Assembly: GCA_022646745.1 (NCBI GenBank)
Contig: CP060262.1
Span: 3,300,001-3,332,000 of the forward strand
DNA: 32,000 nt
Source: Planctomycetales bacterium
GTDB taxonomy: Bacteria > 4484-113 > JAFGCY01
Reading direction: 5' to 3'
Shown here: positions 1 through 8,565 of the stretch, in pieces
How positions within the stretch are numbered: position 1 is the first letter of the stretch
Layout of the letters: every line of letters begins with the position of its first letter
The notes under the pieces: generated by a model
Seen by the model: the letters and a program-made list of their open reading frames with translations, nothing else
Databases searched by the model: none
What the model was told of the DNA's origin: nothing
Made by a program: the position numbers and the translations under genes

Positions 1-266
1 GTGTTCCGATTACCCTTATTGTCATTTTCATCGTAAACAATGGCAGTCCTATCTGGCCAGTAGACGAGCTACTTCTTTCGATCTACTATCCTGCTTACTC
101 AGCAGTAAACTACGTGTTCTTCGATGTGTTGCCAAATGCCAACCCGTACTTTGGAACTTTACTTTTCTTCTTGGCTATCTTCCTATGGACTATTCTGCTG
201 ACGATTATTTTTCAGCAGCTCTTACGACTCGCTAAGCTGGTCGTCATCGAGAAGAAAAAACTGTAA
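1..266 (+). CDS. C-terminal part of a hydrophobic membrane protein (5' end outside window)
   Basis: The frame beginning at nt 3 is open from the window edge to TAA 264-266. It translates as VPITLIVIFIVNNGSPIW...GTLLFFLAIFLWTILLTIIFQQLLRLAKLVVIEKKKL, with two hydrophobic segments and a basic tail. It is absent from the ORF track, presumably because it has no start in the window. Confidence 0.4.
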   Translation, partial: VPITLIVIFIVNNGSPIWPVDELLLSIYYPAYSAVNYVFFDVLPNANPYFGTLLFFLAIFLWTILLTIIFQQLLRLAKLVVIEKKKL

Positions 267-413
267 CCACGGCGGGTCTCCTTGTCTTAGACTCCGCTGC
301 CGTCCCCTCGAACGCCTCATTGGTGATACCCACTATCTTTATCCTTTACTGCCGGATACAATTCCTGTAATTTGTTGGTGAATCGGTATTATCTACAAAA
401 GGAGGCTAAACCG

Positions 414-1391
414 ATGAGGTTCCTTACAATTTTTGTGCTGTGTCTTGGTCTACTGACTAGTACCGCCATGGCCAATGAGATGGTGGCTTATGACGGTCAT
501 TCCAACCGTCATGGAGTTAACCCGATTGACGCCGATGACAACCCCTATCAGGGGCAGTACACCGCAGTCGACCGGTGGGCTTTCGAGCACTACGACGAGA
601 CCATCGGCTGGAACAACTACACCCAGATTCGGGCATCCCTGGTGTTCCCGGAGGTCCTTATCCAGGTAGATGTCAACTTTGACGGCTGGGCAATGCCTGA
701 GCGGGTACGCCTCGATGACCTCTGGAGCAGACGTTCGACCACCCAGTTTCCGAGGGATTACCGTCCTGAGAACTACGCGTTCTTCGCCCGTGGTGAAATC
801 TCACCTGACCTGTGGCTGATGTATCAGGACATTCAGGAAGTCGGTACTGCCGAGCAACTTCCAGGAATCCCCACCTGGCTGGCCGCACTCGCTACAGAGC
901 CGGTGGTCAAGGAAGTTGTATTCCTGCCGAACGGCAACTTCGTAGTTGGCTTCTACAACATCGACGACCAAACATCCGATGCCAACCTCGAAAACATGGA
1001 TACCACTCACTACCTGTATACGGCAGATGGCCAGCGGGTTGTTGACAGCGCTGTTACCGACGGCAACTGGCTTAGCGTGTCATGGAACTTCTCCAGAACC
1101 ATCGACAAACTGGAAGCCCAGTATCCCAAGGTGGACGTATCGTCATCCCCGAAAACTATGTACCTCATAGTTCGGGGGTACATGGGCGCTCTCGACTATG
1201 AGTCACGGGAAATACTTGCCGTATTCGACTGGGACGGCACACAGGTATATGACAAGACCAAGCCTGACCAAGGAATCCTGATTCCTGACACCGGCGGTCA
1301 CCTGACAATCCCTGAGCGCAATTTCAACTACTGTCGCGCTATTGCACCCAGCCTGGTCAAGCAGGCATACGACATCCAGAAGTCCCTGTAG
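414..1391 (+). CDS. secreted hypothetical protein (Sec signal peptide)
   Basis: Track ORF 372-1391. The preferred start is ATG 414, 8 nt after AAGGAGG (399-405). The N-terminus MRFLTIFVLCLGLLTSTAMA/NE looks like a classical signal peptide. A strong terminator follows. No family recognised. Confidence 0.6.
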   Translation: MRFLTIFVLCLGLLTSTAMANEMVAYDGHSNRHGVNPIDADDNPYQGQYTAVDRWAFEHYDETIGWNNYTQIRASLVFPEVLIQVDVNFDGWAMPERVRLDDLWSRRSTTQFPRDYRPENYAFFARGEISPDLWLMYQDIQEVGTAEQLPGIPTWLAALATEPVVKEVVFLPNGNFVVGFYNIDDQTSDANLENMDTTHYLYTADGQRVVDSAVTDGNWLSVSWNFSRTIDKLEAQYPKVDVSSSPKTMYLIVRGYMGALDYESREILAVFDWDGTQVYDKTKPDQGILIPDTGGHLTIPERNFNYCRAIAPSLVKQAYDIQKSL

Positions 1392-1416
1392 CACCTGCAC
1401 CTCGCAGTACAACACC

Positions 1417-1446
1417 GCCCCCGGAAATTTCCGGGGGCTTCTTTTT
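1417..1446 (+). terminator. rho-independent terminator
   Basis: Perfect palindrome GCCCCCGGAAATTTCCGGGGGC (1417-1438) followed by CTTCTTTTT, 26 nt after the stop of the 414-1391 gene. Confidence 0.7.
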
Positions 1447-1592
1447 CGTAGGCGGAACAATTAAGAGGTACCGTCTGTCTATAAGTCTGTGAGCAGTAAC
1501 AAGTACATGACGACCAACAGGAAAAAGCCGAAGCCCTGGCTAATGGCTGATAGCCTGATGTGCGCTCTACTGCTTTCGTCTCACTAAATCGT

Positions 1593-1617
1593 CCCCGGAG
1601 AACCGGGGTATTTTTTT
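1593..1617 (+). terminator. rho-independent terminator (second, orphan)
   Basis: CCCCGG-AGAA-CCGGGG stem-loop (1593-1608) followed by TA and T7 (1611-1617). No annotated CDS ends here. Confidence 0.6.
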
Positions 1618-1782
1618 GACCAAAATTCAGGAGGTGGGTTTGGCACCAATGGACAGTGAAAGACCTGCCCAGGCGCGGGCAGGCCATGATTGTTGCCGGA
1701 ATGGCAACGGTGCAGTTTAGCAACTTCACCATACACCCTCCGGTTCCACTTATCAAGTTAGGGAGTATCACATACCAAATAC

Positions 1783-1796
1783 GTGGCAATTGCCAC
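1783..1796. promoter_or_regulatory. perfect 14-bp palindrome abutting the RBS of the 1809 gene (candidate operator or leader hairpin)
   Basis: GTGGCAATTGCCAC at 1783-1796. The Shine-Dalgarno AGGAGG lies at 1798-1803 and the ATG at 1809. Confidence 0.3.
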
Positions 1797-1808
1797 TAGG
1801 AGGAAAGT

Positions 1809-2231
1809 ATGGAAGTCATTTCCATGAAGGTGTTCGGCCTTCTTGTCTACTCCCTTACCATCGTATCGCTGATCTACGCGATCGGTTCCGCCCAGGTCAT
1901 CGAGCGCATGGCGTGCTTCATCCGCAACCATGCCGGATTCCCCTTCGATGAAGGTGTCAACGATGAGATGGTATTCCAGCGTCAGAGGCTGGATGCCCTC
2001 TTCTTGCTGGTTGCCTTCTGCACGGTAGCTGGCATTGTCGGCTCTGCACCTCTGCCTTTCGTCCAGCACGACCTGCTGAATGTCTGTGTGGCCATGGCCA
2101 CCACCACACTCATCTGCATCGGTCTGTGGGCGCGCATGTACCGTTTCAACGCCACCCTGCAGGAGGACTTCCGCCTCCACTTCCGGAACTGGGACGACCC
2201 CGACGAGGAAGACAAGGGCGTCGGCACCTGA
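1809..2231 (+). CDS. small integral membrane protein, hypothetical
   Basis: ATG 1809 lies 5 nt after AGGAGG. The 140-aa product has about 3 hydrophobic helices (VFGLLVYSLTIVSLIYAIG, ALFLLVAFCTVAGIVGSA, VCVAMATTTLICIGLWA) and an acidic tail. Confidence 0.55.
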   Translation: MEVISMKVFGLLVYSLTIVSLIYAIGSAQVIERMACFIRNHAGFPFDEGVNDEMVFQRQRLDALFLLVAFCTVAGIVGSAPLPFVQHDLLNVCVAMATTTLICIGLWARMYRFNATLQEDFRLHFRNWDDPDEEDKGVGT

Positions 2232-2259
2232 TACTAGTTTCGACACCGGACACGTAATC

Positions 2260-2279
2260 GGAGGTCACGGACGACCTCC
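2260..2279 (+). terminator. possible terminator hairpin
   Basis: GGAGGTC-ACGGAC-GACCTCC sits 29 nt after the 2231 stop. A second hairpin CGGTTT-aaaatg-AAACCG follows. The T-tract is poor, so support is weak. Confidence 0.3.
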
Positions 2280-2340
2280 ACGGTTTAAAATGAAACCGTC
2301 GAGATTGCTAAGTTGATTATGACTCGCAAAGGAGTTAGCT

Positions 2341-2619
2341 ATGACTGTCAGGATTTATCAGGTTCACATGGAAGGCGGCGAAGAACACGAGCATATTGCT
2401 GAGGTGGCCTGGGTAAACGTCGCTGACCCGAACGAGAAGGGCACATCTTCCAGGTCTGGGATGGTGCAATGGCTTGAAGAAGCCCCTAGTCACCGAGCTA
2501 TCGTGTCTGATGGAATGTCCAGCGTTGAAGTAGGAGTTGTCAACGCAACACCGAAGTATCTGAGGACACATGCCGATGGCAAGTGGACAAACAATCTCCT
2601 GGCTCTGCCAAGATACTAG
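2341..2619 (+). CDS. DUF3892-like small protein
   Basis: ATG lies 6 nt after AAGGAG. The product is 92 aa. The C-terminal signature VEVGVV...KYLRTHADGKWTNNLLALP matches my memory of the DUF3892 consensus (..YLRT.ADG...NLLSLP). Confidence 0.6.
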   Translation: MTVRIYQVHMEGGEEHEHIAEVAWVNVADPNEKGTSSRSGMVQWLEEAPSHRAIVSDGMSSVEVGVVNATPKYLRTHADGKWTNNLLALPRY

Positions 2620-2648
2620 TTGATCTGACCTTTGAATCGAGGCGCACC

Positions 2649-2849
2649 ATGAAGATTAAAGCGGAGATCCACTATGTGGATGTTGAGAACGAAAACGGCT
2701 ACGAGGTTGAAGGTGTAATGGCCAGATGTACTAGGTGTGGCCATGAAACAGAGTCCTTTGGCGTTGCTGACAACAGCATCAGGCGCTGTCTCAAGCTTCT
2801 GAATGAAGAATGCCCTAATGGAGAAAACAACTTCTACGAAGAAGATTAG
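2649..2849 (+). CDS. small CxxC-containing hypothetical protein (66 aa)
   Basis: Internal ATG 2649 of track ORF 2583-2849, preceded by GAGG. Choosing it avoids overlap with the DUF3892 gene. Translation: MKIKAEIHYVDVENENGYEVEGVMARCTRCGHETESF...ECPNGE. Confidence 0.45.
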   Translation: MKIKAEIHYVDVENENGYEVEGVMARCTRCGHETESFGVADNSIRRCLKLLNEECPNGENNFYEED

Positions 2850-3418
2850 TTCTCATACTTGGAATAGAAGAGCTGGGTGGCATATGTATCATCCATGTTG
2901 TCTGTGACCTCGAATGGGTAGAAGAAGAGAAAAGGCTTGCCGACATCCTCATCGGGAACTGACAACTCAAGATATTCGTTACGGGTACTTAACAGGAAGA
3001 AACCCTTTTCTTCAGGTCGGAGCGTTACCAAGTTCTCAGTTTCCGTGTAACCCTTTATGGCTTCTGGGTCTATGAGTGTCCAATACGGAACCTGAAGACT
3101 CGTTGCCAATTCGATTGCTTCCTCTTTATCCTGGCACTCGATGACAATGTTGCGATACCTGCTGGTTGCTTCAGGTGCAGAAGTTATATAGAACTTCCCA
3201 TTGGAGCTGAGGCCAGCAGAGTCTTGTTTGGCAACTCTGAACTTCCTTGAATTCAGCTCTAGGATGTTGACACAGTTCGGGTCTGATTGATTTACCTTTG
3301 AAATGTTTGGGTCGTTAATGTCCTCATTCAACACGAAGGAGTTGTAGAACAGCATTGCTGTACCGACGACCAACCCAAAGCCAATAGCAAAAAGAAACCT
3401 ATCTCTTAAGGAAATCAT
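2846..3418 (-). CDS. N-terminally membrane-anchored hypothetical protein
   Basis: Track ORF 2846-3454. I prefer ATG 3418, which has GGAGG 5 nt upstream on the minus strand (acGGAGGcgagtATG). The N-terminus MISLRDRFLFAIGFGLVVGTAMLFY is a single TM anchor. Its stop overlaps the convergent 2649-2849 gene by 4 nt. Confidence 0.5.
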   Translation of the reverse strand: MISLRDRFLFAIGFGLVVGTAMLFYNSFVLNEDINDPNISKVNQSDPNCVNILELNSRKFRVAKQDSAGLSSNGKFYITSAPEATSRYRNIVIECQDKEEAIELATSLQVPYWTLIDPEAIKGYTETENLVTLRPEEKGFFLLSTRNEYLELSVPDEDVGKPFLFFYPFEVTDNMDDTYATQLFYSKYEN

Positions 3419-3657
3419 ACTCGCCTCCGTCAGGCATTCTAGCAGCTTGCCCACATCTCCACGGCACGGCTACCCTGACCAGCTGGCTACGAGCTATTTA
3501 TGGGCTCTGCGCTAGCGCTGGAAAATCTGCCGTGGATATGCCACCCGCCGGCTGACCGGCAGGCTTGGACAAGCTTCTGGTTTGATTGCTAGATATCAGA
3601 TTGTAGCCTTTTCATATCAAGCGAATTTGGTGAGAGAGCATTTAATGCGGCAGTAGC

Positions 3658-3686
3658 TTCCAATCTGCAAACAACTGTACTATCAT
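3658..3686 (+). promoter_or_regulatory. candidate sigma70-type promoter for the 3728 gene
   Basis: TTCCAA (3658-3663), a 17-nt spacer, then TATCAT (3681-3686), about 40 nt upstream of ATG 3728. Hexamer match only. Confidence 0.25.
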
Positions 3687-3727
3687 GTCTTCATCGTTAA
3701 GAAACTACACTTCACTAAGGATTCACG

Positions 3728-4846
3728 ATGGGATACGAGATTGATTATTTACCTGTAGGCAATTCGGAGAGCAAGCAACTTGGTGATGCAATTGCCATGC
3801 GCTTTTGGAATCCTGAGCGCACCGAACAGCTAGTAATAACAATTGATGGTGGAACACTTGAATCAGGTGCTGCGGTCGTCAAGCATGTTAAGGAGTTCTA
3901 TGAAACTGACACAGTTGACATAGCAATCCTAACCCATCCAGAGGCAGACCATGCTTCTGGCCTAAGGGAAATCATCAAAGGACTCAATGTTAAAAGAATT
4001 TTTGCCTTAGTGCCGTGGAATCACGCGGAGGAAATAATTGACCGCGTTAAACAAGCGGATGCACGGTGCACAGTAACCAGTTTGAAAGCGACATTGCGGG
4101 AGGCATATCCATGCTTTGCTGAGGTAGAAGACCTAGCTACAGAACGCGCTATACCGATTTACGAGAAATTTGGAAGCTCGACAAGATATGACCTTGGGGT
4201 GGGAACCAACATATGCTTCTTAGGACCGACGAGAGAGGAATACATTAACAAGTGGCTACCGGAGTTTAGCTCTCTGCCTCAGGCAGGAACTGCCGCAGTA
4301 ATGGCTCCCGTGGTCAAAGCAGTATCCCAAGCTTTCAGATGGATAGTGGAAACCTGGGACAAGGAGCTTCTACTTGATCCAGGACCGAATGAAGTCAGCA
4401 GCGTAAATAACTCTAGCCTTATCTTCACTCTTGAGCATGAAGACCGTAGGTTTCTGTTCTGCGGAGATGCTGGCGTTCCAGCTATTCAAAACGCAATTGA
4501 CCTCGGAATTGGATTGGGGATACCAGCCAATGGATACAACTTCTTCGATGTCCCTCATCATGGTAGTAGACGGAATTTGGGGCCAACAATTCTCAATCAG
4601 CTTATGGGTGTGCCCCGAACCGCAGCCAATCCCCCAAGTGAAGGTTCTGCGTTCATATCCGCTCCACCCAACGATCCTAAACACCCTTCCAAGCGAATAA
4701 CAAATGCTCTCAATCGACGCGCCCGTACCGTGATTTGTACACTTGGTTCTCCAAAGTGTCATCACTCAGACGATTACAATCCAAGAAACGGCTGGAGTCC
4801 TGCAACTCCAACACCGTATTTCGATGAAGTAGAAGAGTTTGATTAG
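3728..4846 (+). CDS. metallo-beta-lactamase-fold hydrolase, ComEC/Rec2-like subgroup
   Basis: 372 aa. Motifs seen: GDAIAM, ILTHPEADHASG (an HxExDH variant of HxHxDH), FCGDAG, and VPHHGSRRN typical of the ComEC C-terminal MBL domain. Confidence 0.8.
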   Translation: MGYEIDYLPVGNSESKQLGDAIAMRFWNPERTEQLVITIDGGTLESGAAVVKHVKEFYETDTVDIAILTHPEADHASGLREIIKGLNVKRIFALVPWNHAEEIIDRVKQADARCTVTSLKATLREAYPCFAEVEDLATERAIPIYEKFGSSTRYDLGVGTNICFLGPTREEYINKWLPEFSSLPQAGTAAVMAPVVKAVSQAFRWIVETWDKELLLDPGPNEVSSVNNSSLIFTLEHEDRRFLFCGDAGVPAIQNAIDLGIGLGIPANGYNFFDVPHHGSRRNLGPTILNQLMGVPRTAANPPSEGSAFISAPPNDPKHPSKRITNALNRRARTVICTLGSPKCHHSDDYNPRNGWSPATPTPYFDEVEEFD

Positions 4847-4876
4847 TATCTGGCTTTTCAGCCTGCCCACATTGTC

Positions 4877-5527
4877 TCATTTGCGTTCAGGAGCTAACTC
4901 TGCTTGGCTCACGGCTTCTATGACTAGGTATTCACCACGTTGCCTGAACCGATTCAATTGGATCAGTGCTAGTGATAGCACGATCACAGGTGCAACTAGG
5001 CTTGGCCATCCACCCCATGTGCGAACTGCTTCTACAATAGCAACGACCAAGCCAAGAATTAGCGCCATTAGTAGTGCTCTATTTAGTGCATACAGTCCGT
5101 TGAAGCGTTCACATTCTCCGAGCTTGCGACTGAGCTTGAAAGCCACCTTGATTGCTTCATCGTCATCGAAAGCCTTAACCTCTCCGTCGCTGGCTGCCAA
5201 TCCTTGTTTGGTGAGTATGCGACTCTTTGCCGACAACCAACGTTCCTTGCTCATGCCTGTGATGCCCTCTCTGATAAGCCTATCTGAAGGCTTGCCCCCA
5301 GCCAAGAAGTACAGCACTTTCTCGACATCGCCGGACGACACCGCTTGAACAAAGTGTCCTGCGATGAAACTTGCGACAATGAATGCCGTTGCGGCAAACG
5401 AACCCTTGCCAACAGTATCTGCGAAAGTGGGATAGGAGTTAGCGACGTAGTAGTAAGTAATTAGCACCACGACCGAGCCCGGCATTAAGTAAGCCAACAA
5501 ATCGTAGGTTGAAAACTTGCTGTCCAT
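4877..5527 (-). CDS. 4-TM membrane protein translationally coupled to hsdR, function unknown
   Basis: ATG 5527-5525 lies 1 nt after the hsdR stop (TAG 5531-5529), with GGAG 5 nt upstream inside the hsdR 3' end. The 216-aa product has two N-terminal and two C-terminal hydrophobic helices flanking a charged domain of about 80 aa. Confidence 0.6.
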   Translation of the reverse strand: MDSKFSTYDLLAYLMPGSVVVLITYYYVANSYPTFADTVGKGSFAATAFIVASFIAGHFVQAVSSGDVEKVLYFLAGGKPSDRLIREGITGMSKERWLSAKSRILTKQGLAASDGEVKAFDDDEAIKVAFKLSRKLGECERFNGLYALNRALLMALILGLVVAIVEAVRTWGGWPSLVAPVIVLSLALIQLNRFRQRGEYLVIEAVSQAELAPERK

Positions 5528-5528
5528 A

Positions 5529-8500
5529 CTAACTCCGGCTTTGATTAATTTCTGGCTGTCGCAGATCCTGGTAAACCCGCTCCATCAGGTACTTTCGAGC
5601 CAGCTTCTTGAACGCCTTGTCATTTAATAGTCGAGCTACGATATCTTGATTCTGCTCCTCGCGGTCAATAACCAGACCATCGAACGCTTTGTTGAATATG
5701 AATTCGAAGTTGTCAATTTCATTAGCTTGCGCCGCCTGCGCGATTGCTTCAACGGCCTTGGCCGATTCCTTGATCTGCTCGAAGAACAGTGCGTCGGCTG
5801 GCTTGAAGTCTGTACCGAAGCGGTCGTTCAGCTTTTCTAATAGGGATGATAGTTCAACCTTGTCTTCCTTGTCTATGGCTGTGCCGACCTCAGTAGGTGC
5901 AGGCAGCTCGCCAATTTCACCAGCGGTAAGCTCAATCTGTCCTGCGCTGATCTTCTGCATTCGCCAGTACTTGAGCGAGACTTCATCTTCAAAGTTGTAG
6001 CGAGGTCCACCGGACTGACGCGGGAGTTTGCTCACAAGTAACCGGATATAAGCGTACAGCTTCTCAAGATCTGAGTCCTCGTAAGGGATGATCTGAGCCA
6101 GGAATGCGTACAGGTTGCGATAGCTCGTCGCTAGGCTGCGGAACTCATCCTGCTTTTCCTCATCGAGCTGTTGGAATCGCCCAACCGCCTTATCAATAAT
6201 GGCATTGAGTTGTTGGTGCTCTTGGTTCGTTTGCTCAGCCTTTGGCTTGAAGAAGACTTTTGCGAACTCCTCGATCTCGCTCTTGTGGTAGACCTGAAAC
6301 GCGTCCAGCTTGTGCTGTAGCTCGTAAAGTTGATGCGGGTCTGCATCCTCAGTGATTGTTGTCGCTTCGTAGTAGGGCTGGAAGGACTGCTGAATCTCTT
6401 CCATCTCGTTCACGAAGTCGAGCACGAATGTGCTGTCCTTGCCCTCACGAACCCGGTTCAGGCGCGAAAGTGTTTGGACTGCCTGAATCCCGGAGAGGCG
6501 CTTGTCTACATACATCGTGTGAAGCAGCGGTTCATCAAAGCCGGTCTGGTACTTGTCCGCCACGATGAGAACTTGGTAATCGTTAGTAGCGAACTTGCGC
6601 GGCAGCTCTGTTTCCTTGATTCCAGCGTTCATCTCAACTTCGGTGTAACTCTTGCTCTCATCCAAGACTGAGCCGGAAAAAGCCACAAGCGCCCGGATGT
6701 CTTTATAGCCCTTGTCGGTGATGTACTTGTCGAATGCTCGCCGGTAACGCACCGCATGTAAACGGGAGCGCGTGACAACCATTGCTTTCGCGCGACCGCC
6801 GATCAGTTTCTTTGTATGATGGCGGAAGTGCTCAATGATGATCTCGGTCTTCTGTGAAATCTCATGCGGATGCAGGCTGACGAAACGCGCGAGCGCCGAA
6901 GCAGCCTTCTTCTTGACCACTTGCGGATCATCCTCGATAGCCTTGATGAGCTTGAAGTAGCGCTTGTAGGTCGTGTAGTTCTTGAGCACATCCAGAATGA
7001 AGCCTTCTTCAATGGCCTGTCTCATACTGTAGAGATGGAACGGGACTTCTTTGCCGTCAATGCCAGGTCTGCCGAAGAGCTTCAAGGTCTTATATTTGGG
7101 AGTAGCCGTGAACGCGAAGAAACTGAGGTTGGCTTGCTTCCCGCGCTCCTTAGCGGACTTCAGCACTTCATCTTCAATGTAGTCTTCTTCAGCTATAGCC
7201 TCTTCTTCCGCTGCCGCCTCTTCCAAATCTCTGGCCGCCAGAACCGCCTTCATCTTCTTTGCTCCCTCACCGGACTGCGAGCTATGGGCTTCATCCACGA
7301 TCAGCGCGTAGCGCCGCTTGGGAAGATCGGCCACTTTGTCCATCACAAACGGGAACTTCTGTAGGGTCGTGATAATGACGGGCACACCGCCCGTCAGAGC
7401 GTTGCTAAGCTGGGTGCTGTCCTTGTCTATCGGTTCGACAACGCCCTGCTTGTGCTCGAACTGGTAGATGGTCTGTTGCAACTGCTTATCCAGCACACGC
7501 CGATCCGTGACCACAATCACCGTGTCGAAGACGCGCTCATTGGCCACATTGTGAAGGCTTGCCAACCGATGCGCAAGCCAGCCAATCGTGTTGCTCTTGC
7601 CGCTTCCAGCGGAGTGCTGCACGAGGTAGTTATGCCCCGCACCCTCACTTGTAGCGGTATGAATAAGCTTGCGCACAGCGTCGAGCTGGTGGTACCGCGG
7701 GAAGATGAGCGTCTGAGTGATGATCTTTTCTTTGCCGCTCTTCCTCTCAGACTCTTGCAGGTGCATGAATTGGCCGAGGATATCGAGCCAGCTATCGCGC
7801 TGCCAAACTTCTTCCCAAAGATAGTGCGTCTTGTAATTGCATTCAATCGCTGGGTTGCCAGCGCCCATTCCGTCGCCCTTGTTGAACGGCAGGAAGTAAG
7901 TGCCTTTGTTCTTGAGCTGCGTGGTCATGAACACTTCATTCGGGTCAGCGGCGAAATGTACCATCGCCCGCACCGGCCCGCGATTGAACGAGAACAGCAG
8001 TTCGTTAGGGTCGCGGTCGTTCATGTACTGGTACTTGGCGTGCGTAGCGTTCTGGCCGGCGAAGTGGTTCTTCAGCTCCGCCGTCGCAACGGGAAGCCCA
8101 TTGAGGCTAATCAGCAGGTCAACGGAATTTTCATTCTTGAGGCTGTAATGAACCTGCCTTGTTACATGCAGCTTATTCTTGCCATACAGCTCTGCCAGCT
8201 CCGGGTTAAGCCCGCTCGCGGGGGCGAAGTAGGCCAGCTTAATCGGCTTGCCATAGACTTTGATTCCGTGCCGCAAAACGTCCAGCATTCCACGCGAAGC
8301 CAGCTCTTTGGTGAGAGCTTCTAAGATCACCTTGCGGAAGTCTGCCTTGACCTGGGATTGCAGTTTGCTCAAGATCGCCGCTTGGGTCGACTCTAGGAAC
8401 TCGAACAGGAAGTCCGGGAACAGCGCCAATTCACGGTCATAATCAGCGTCAGAGCCTTTGATATAGCCGCCCGCAGCCAGCAGGCTGGCCTCGATTGCGT

Positions 8501-8543
8501 CTTCAAAATTGATCTCTTTGTATTCTGCGTTCATCAGCGCCAT
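5529..8543 (-). CDS. hsdR: type I restriction enzyme R subunit
   Basis: 1004 aa. N-terminal PD-(D/E)xK-like motif (VDLLISLNGLPVATAELKN). Helicase motifs: QHSAGSGKS (I), IVDEAHSSQ (II, DEAH), FAFTATP (III), QTLSRLNR (VI). Confidence 0.95.
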   Translation of the reverse strand: MALMNAEYKEINFEDAIEASLLAAGGYIKGSDADYDRELALFPDFLFEFLESTQAAILSKLQSQVKADFRKVILEALTKELASRGMLDVLRHGIKVYGKPIKLAYFAPASGLNPELAELYGKNKLHVTRQVHYSLKNENSVDLLISLNGLPVATAELKNHFAGQNATHAKYQYMNDRDPNELLFSFNRGPVRAMVHFAADPNEVFMTTQLKNKGTYFLPFNKGDGMGAGNPAIECNYKTHYLWEEVWQRDSWLDILGQFMHLQESERKSGKEKIITQTLIFPRYHQLDAVRKLIHTATSEGAGHNYLVQHSAGSGKSNTIGWLAHRLASLHNVANERVFDTVIVVTDRRVLDKQLQQTIYQFEHKQGVVEPIDKDSTQLSNALTGGVPVIITTLQKFPFVMDKVADLPKRRYALIVDEAHSSQSGEGAKKMKAVLAARDLEEAAAEEEAIAEEDYIEDEVLKSAKERGKQANLSFFAFTATPKYKTLKLFGRPGIDGKEVPFHLYSMRQAIEEGFILDVLKNYTTYKRYFKLIKAIEDDPQVVKKKAASALARFVSLHPHEISQKTEIIIEHFRHHTKKLIGGRAKAMVVTRSRLHAVRYRRAFDKYITDKGYKDIRALVAFSGSVLDESKSYTEVEMNAGIKETELPRKFATNDYQVLIVADKYQTGFDEPLLHTMYVDKRLSGIQAVQTLSRLNRVREGKDSTFVLDFVNEMEEIQQSFQPYYEATTITEDADPHQLYELQHKLDAFQVYHKSEIEEFAKVFFKPKAEQTNQEHQQLNAIIDKAVGRFQQLDEEKQDEFRSLATSYRNLYAFLAQIIPYEDSDLEKLYAYIRLLVSKLPRQSGGPRYNFEDEVSLKYWRMQKISAGQIELTAGEIGELPAPTEVGTAIDKEDKVELSSLLEKLNDRFGTDFKPADALFFEQIKESAKAVEAIAQAAQANEIDNFEFIFNKAFDGLVIDREEQNQDIVARLLNDKAFKKLARKYLMERVYQDLRQPEINQSRS

Positions 8544-8565
8544 GCTTTCTCCAAGTGACGGCGCG

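Noticed and set aside
1328-1789. 153-aa minus-strand ORF across the 1.4-1.8 kb intergenic region
   Set aside because: It runs through two intrinsic terminators and several palindromes. The translation is Cys/Arg-rich with no SD. The region is better explained as non-coding.
4839-5348. 169-aa plus-strand ORF (Ser/Leu-rich) overlapping the 4-TM gene
   Set aside because: It is the antisense shadow of the 4877-5527 gene, which has tight coupling to hsdR and clean TM topology. This ORF would also begin inside the MBL gene's stop region, without an SD.
7452-8324. 290-aa plus-strand ORF, with neighbours at 5646-6000, 6330-6671 and 6864-7364, inside the hsdR region
   Set aside because: They are antisense to a gene with unambiguous HsdR helicase motifs. 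The translations are Leu/Arg/Val-rich with no motifs or SD. These are typical shadow ORFs.
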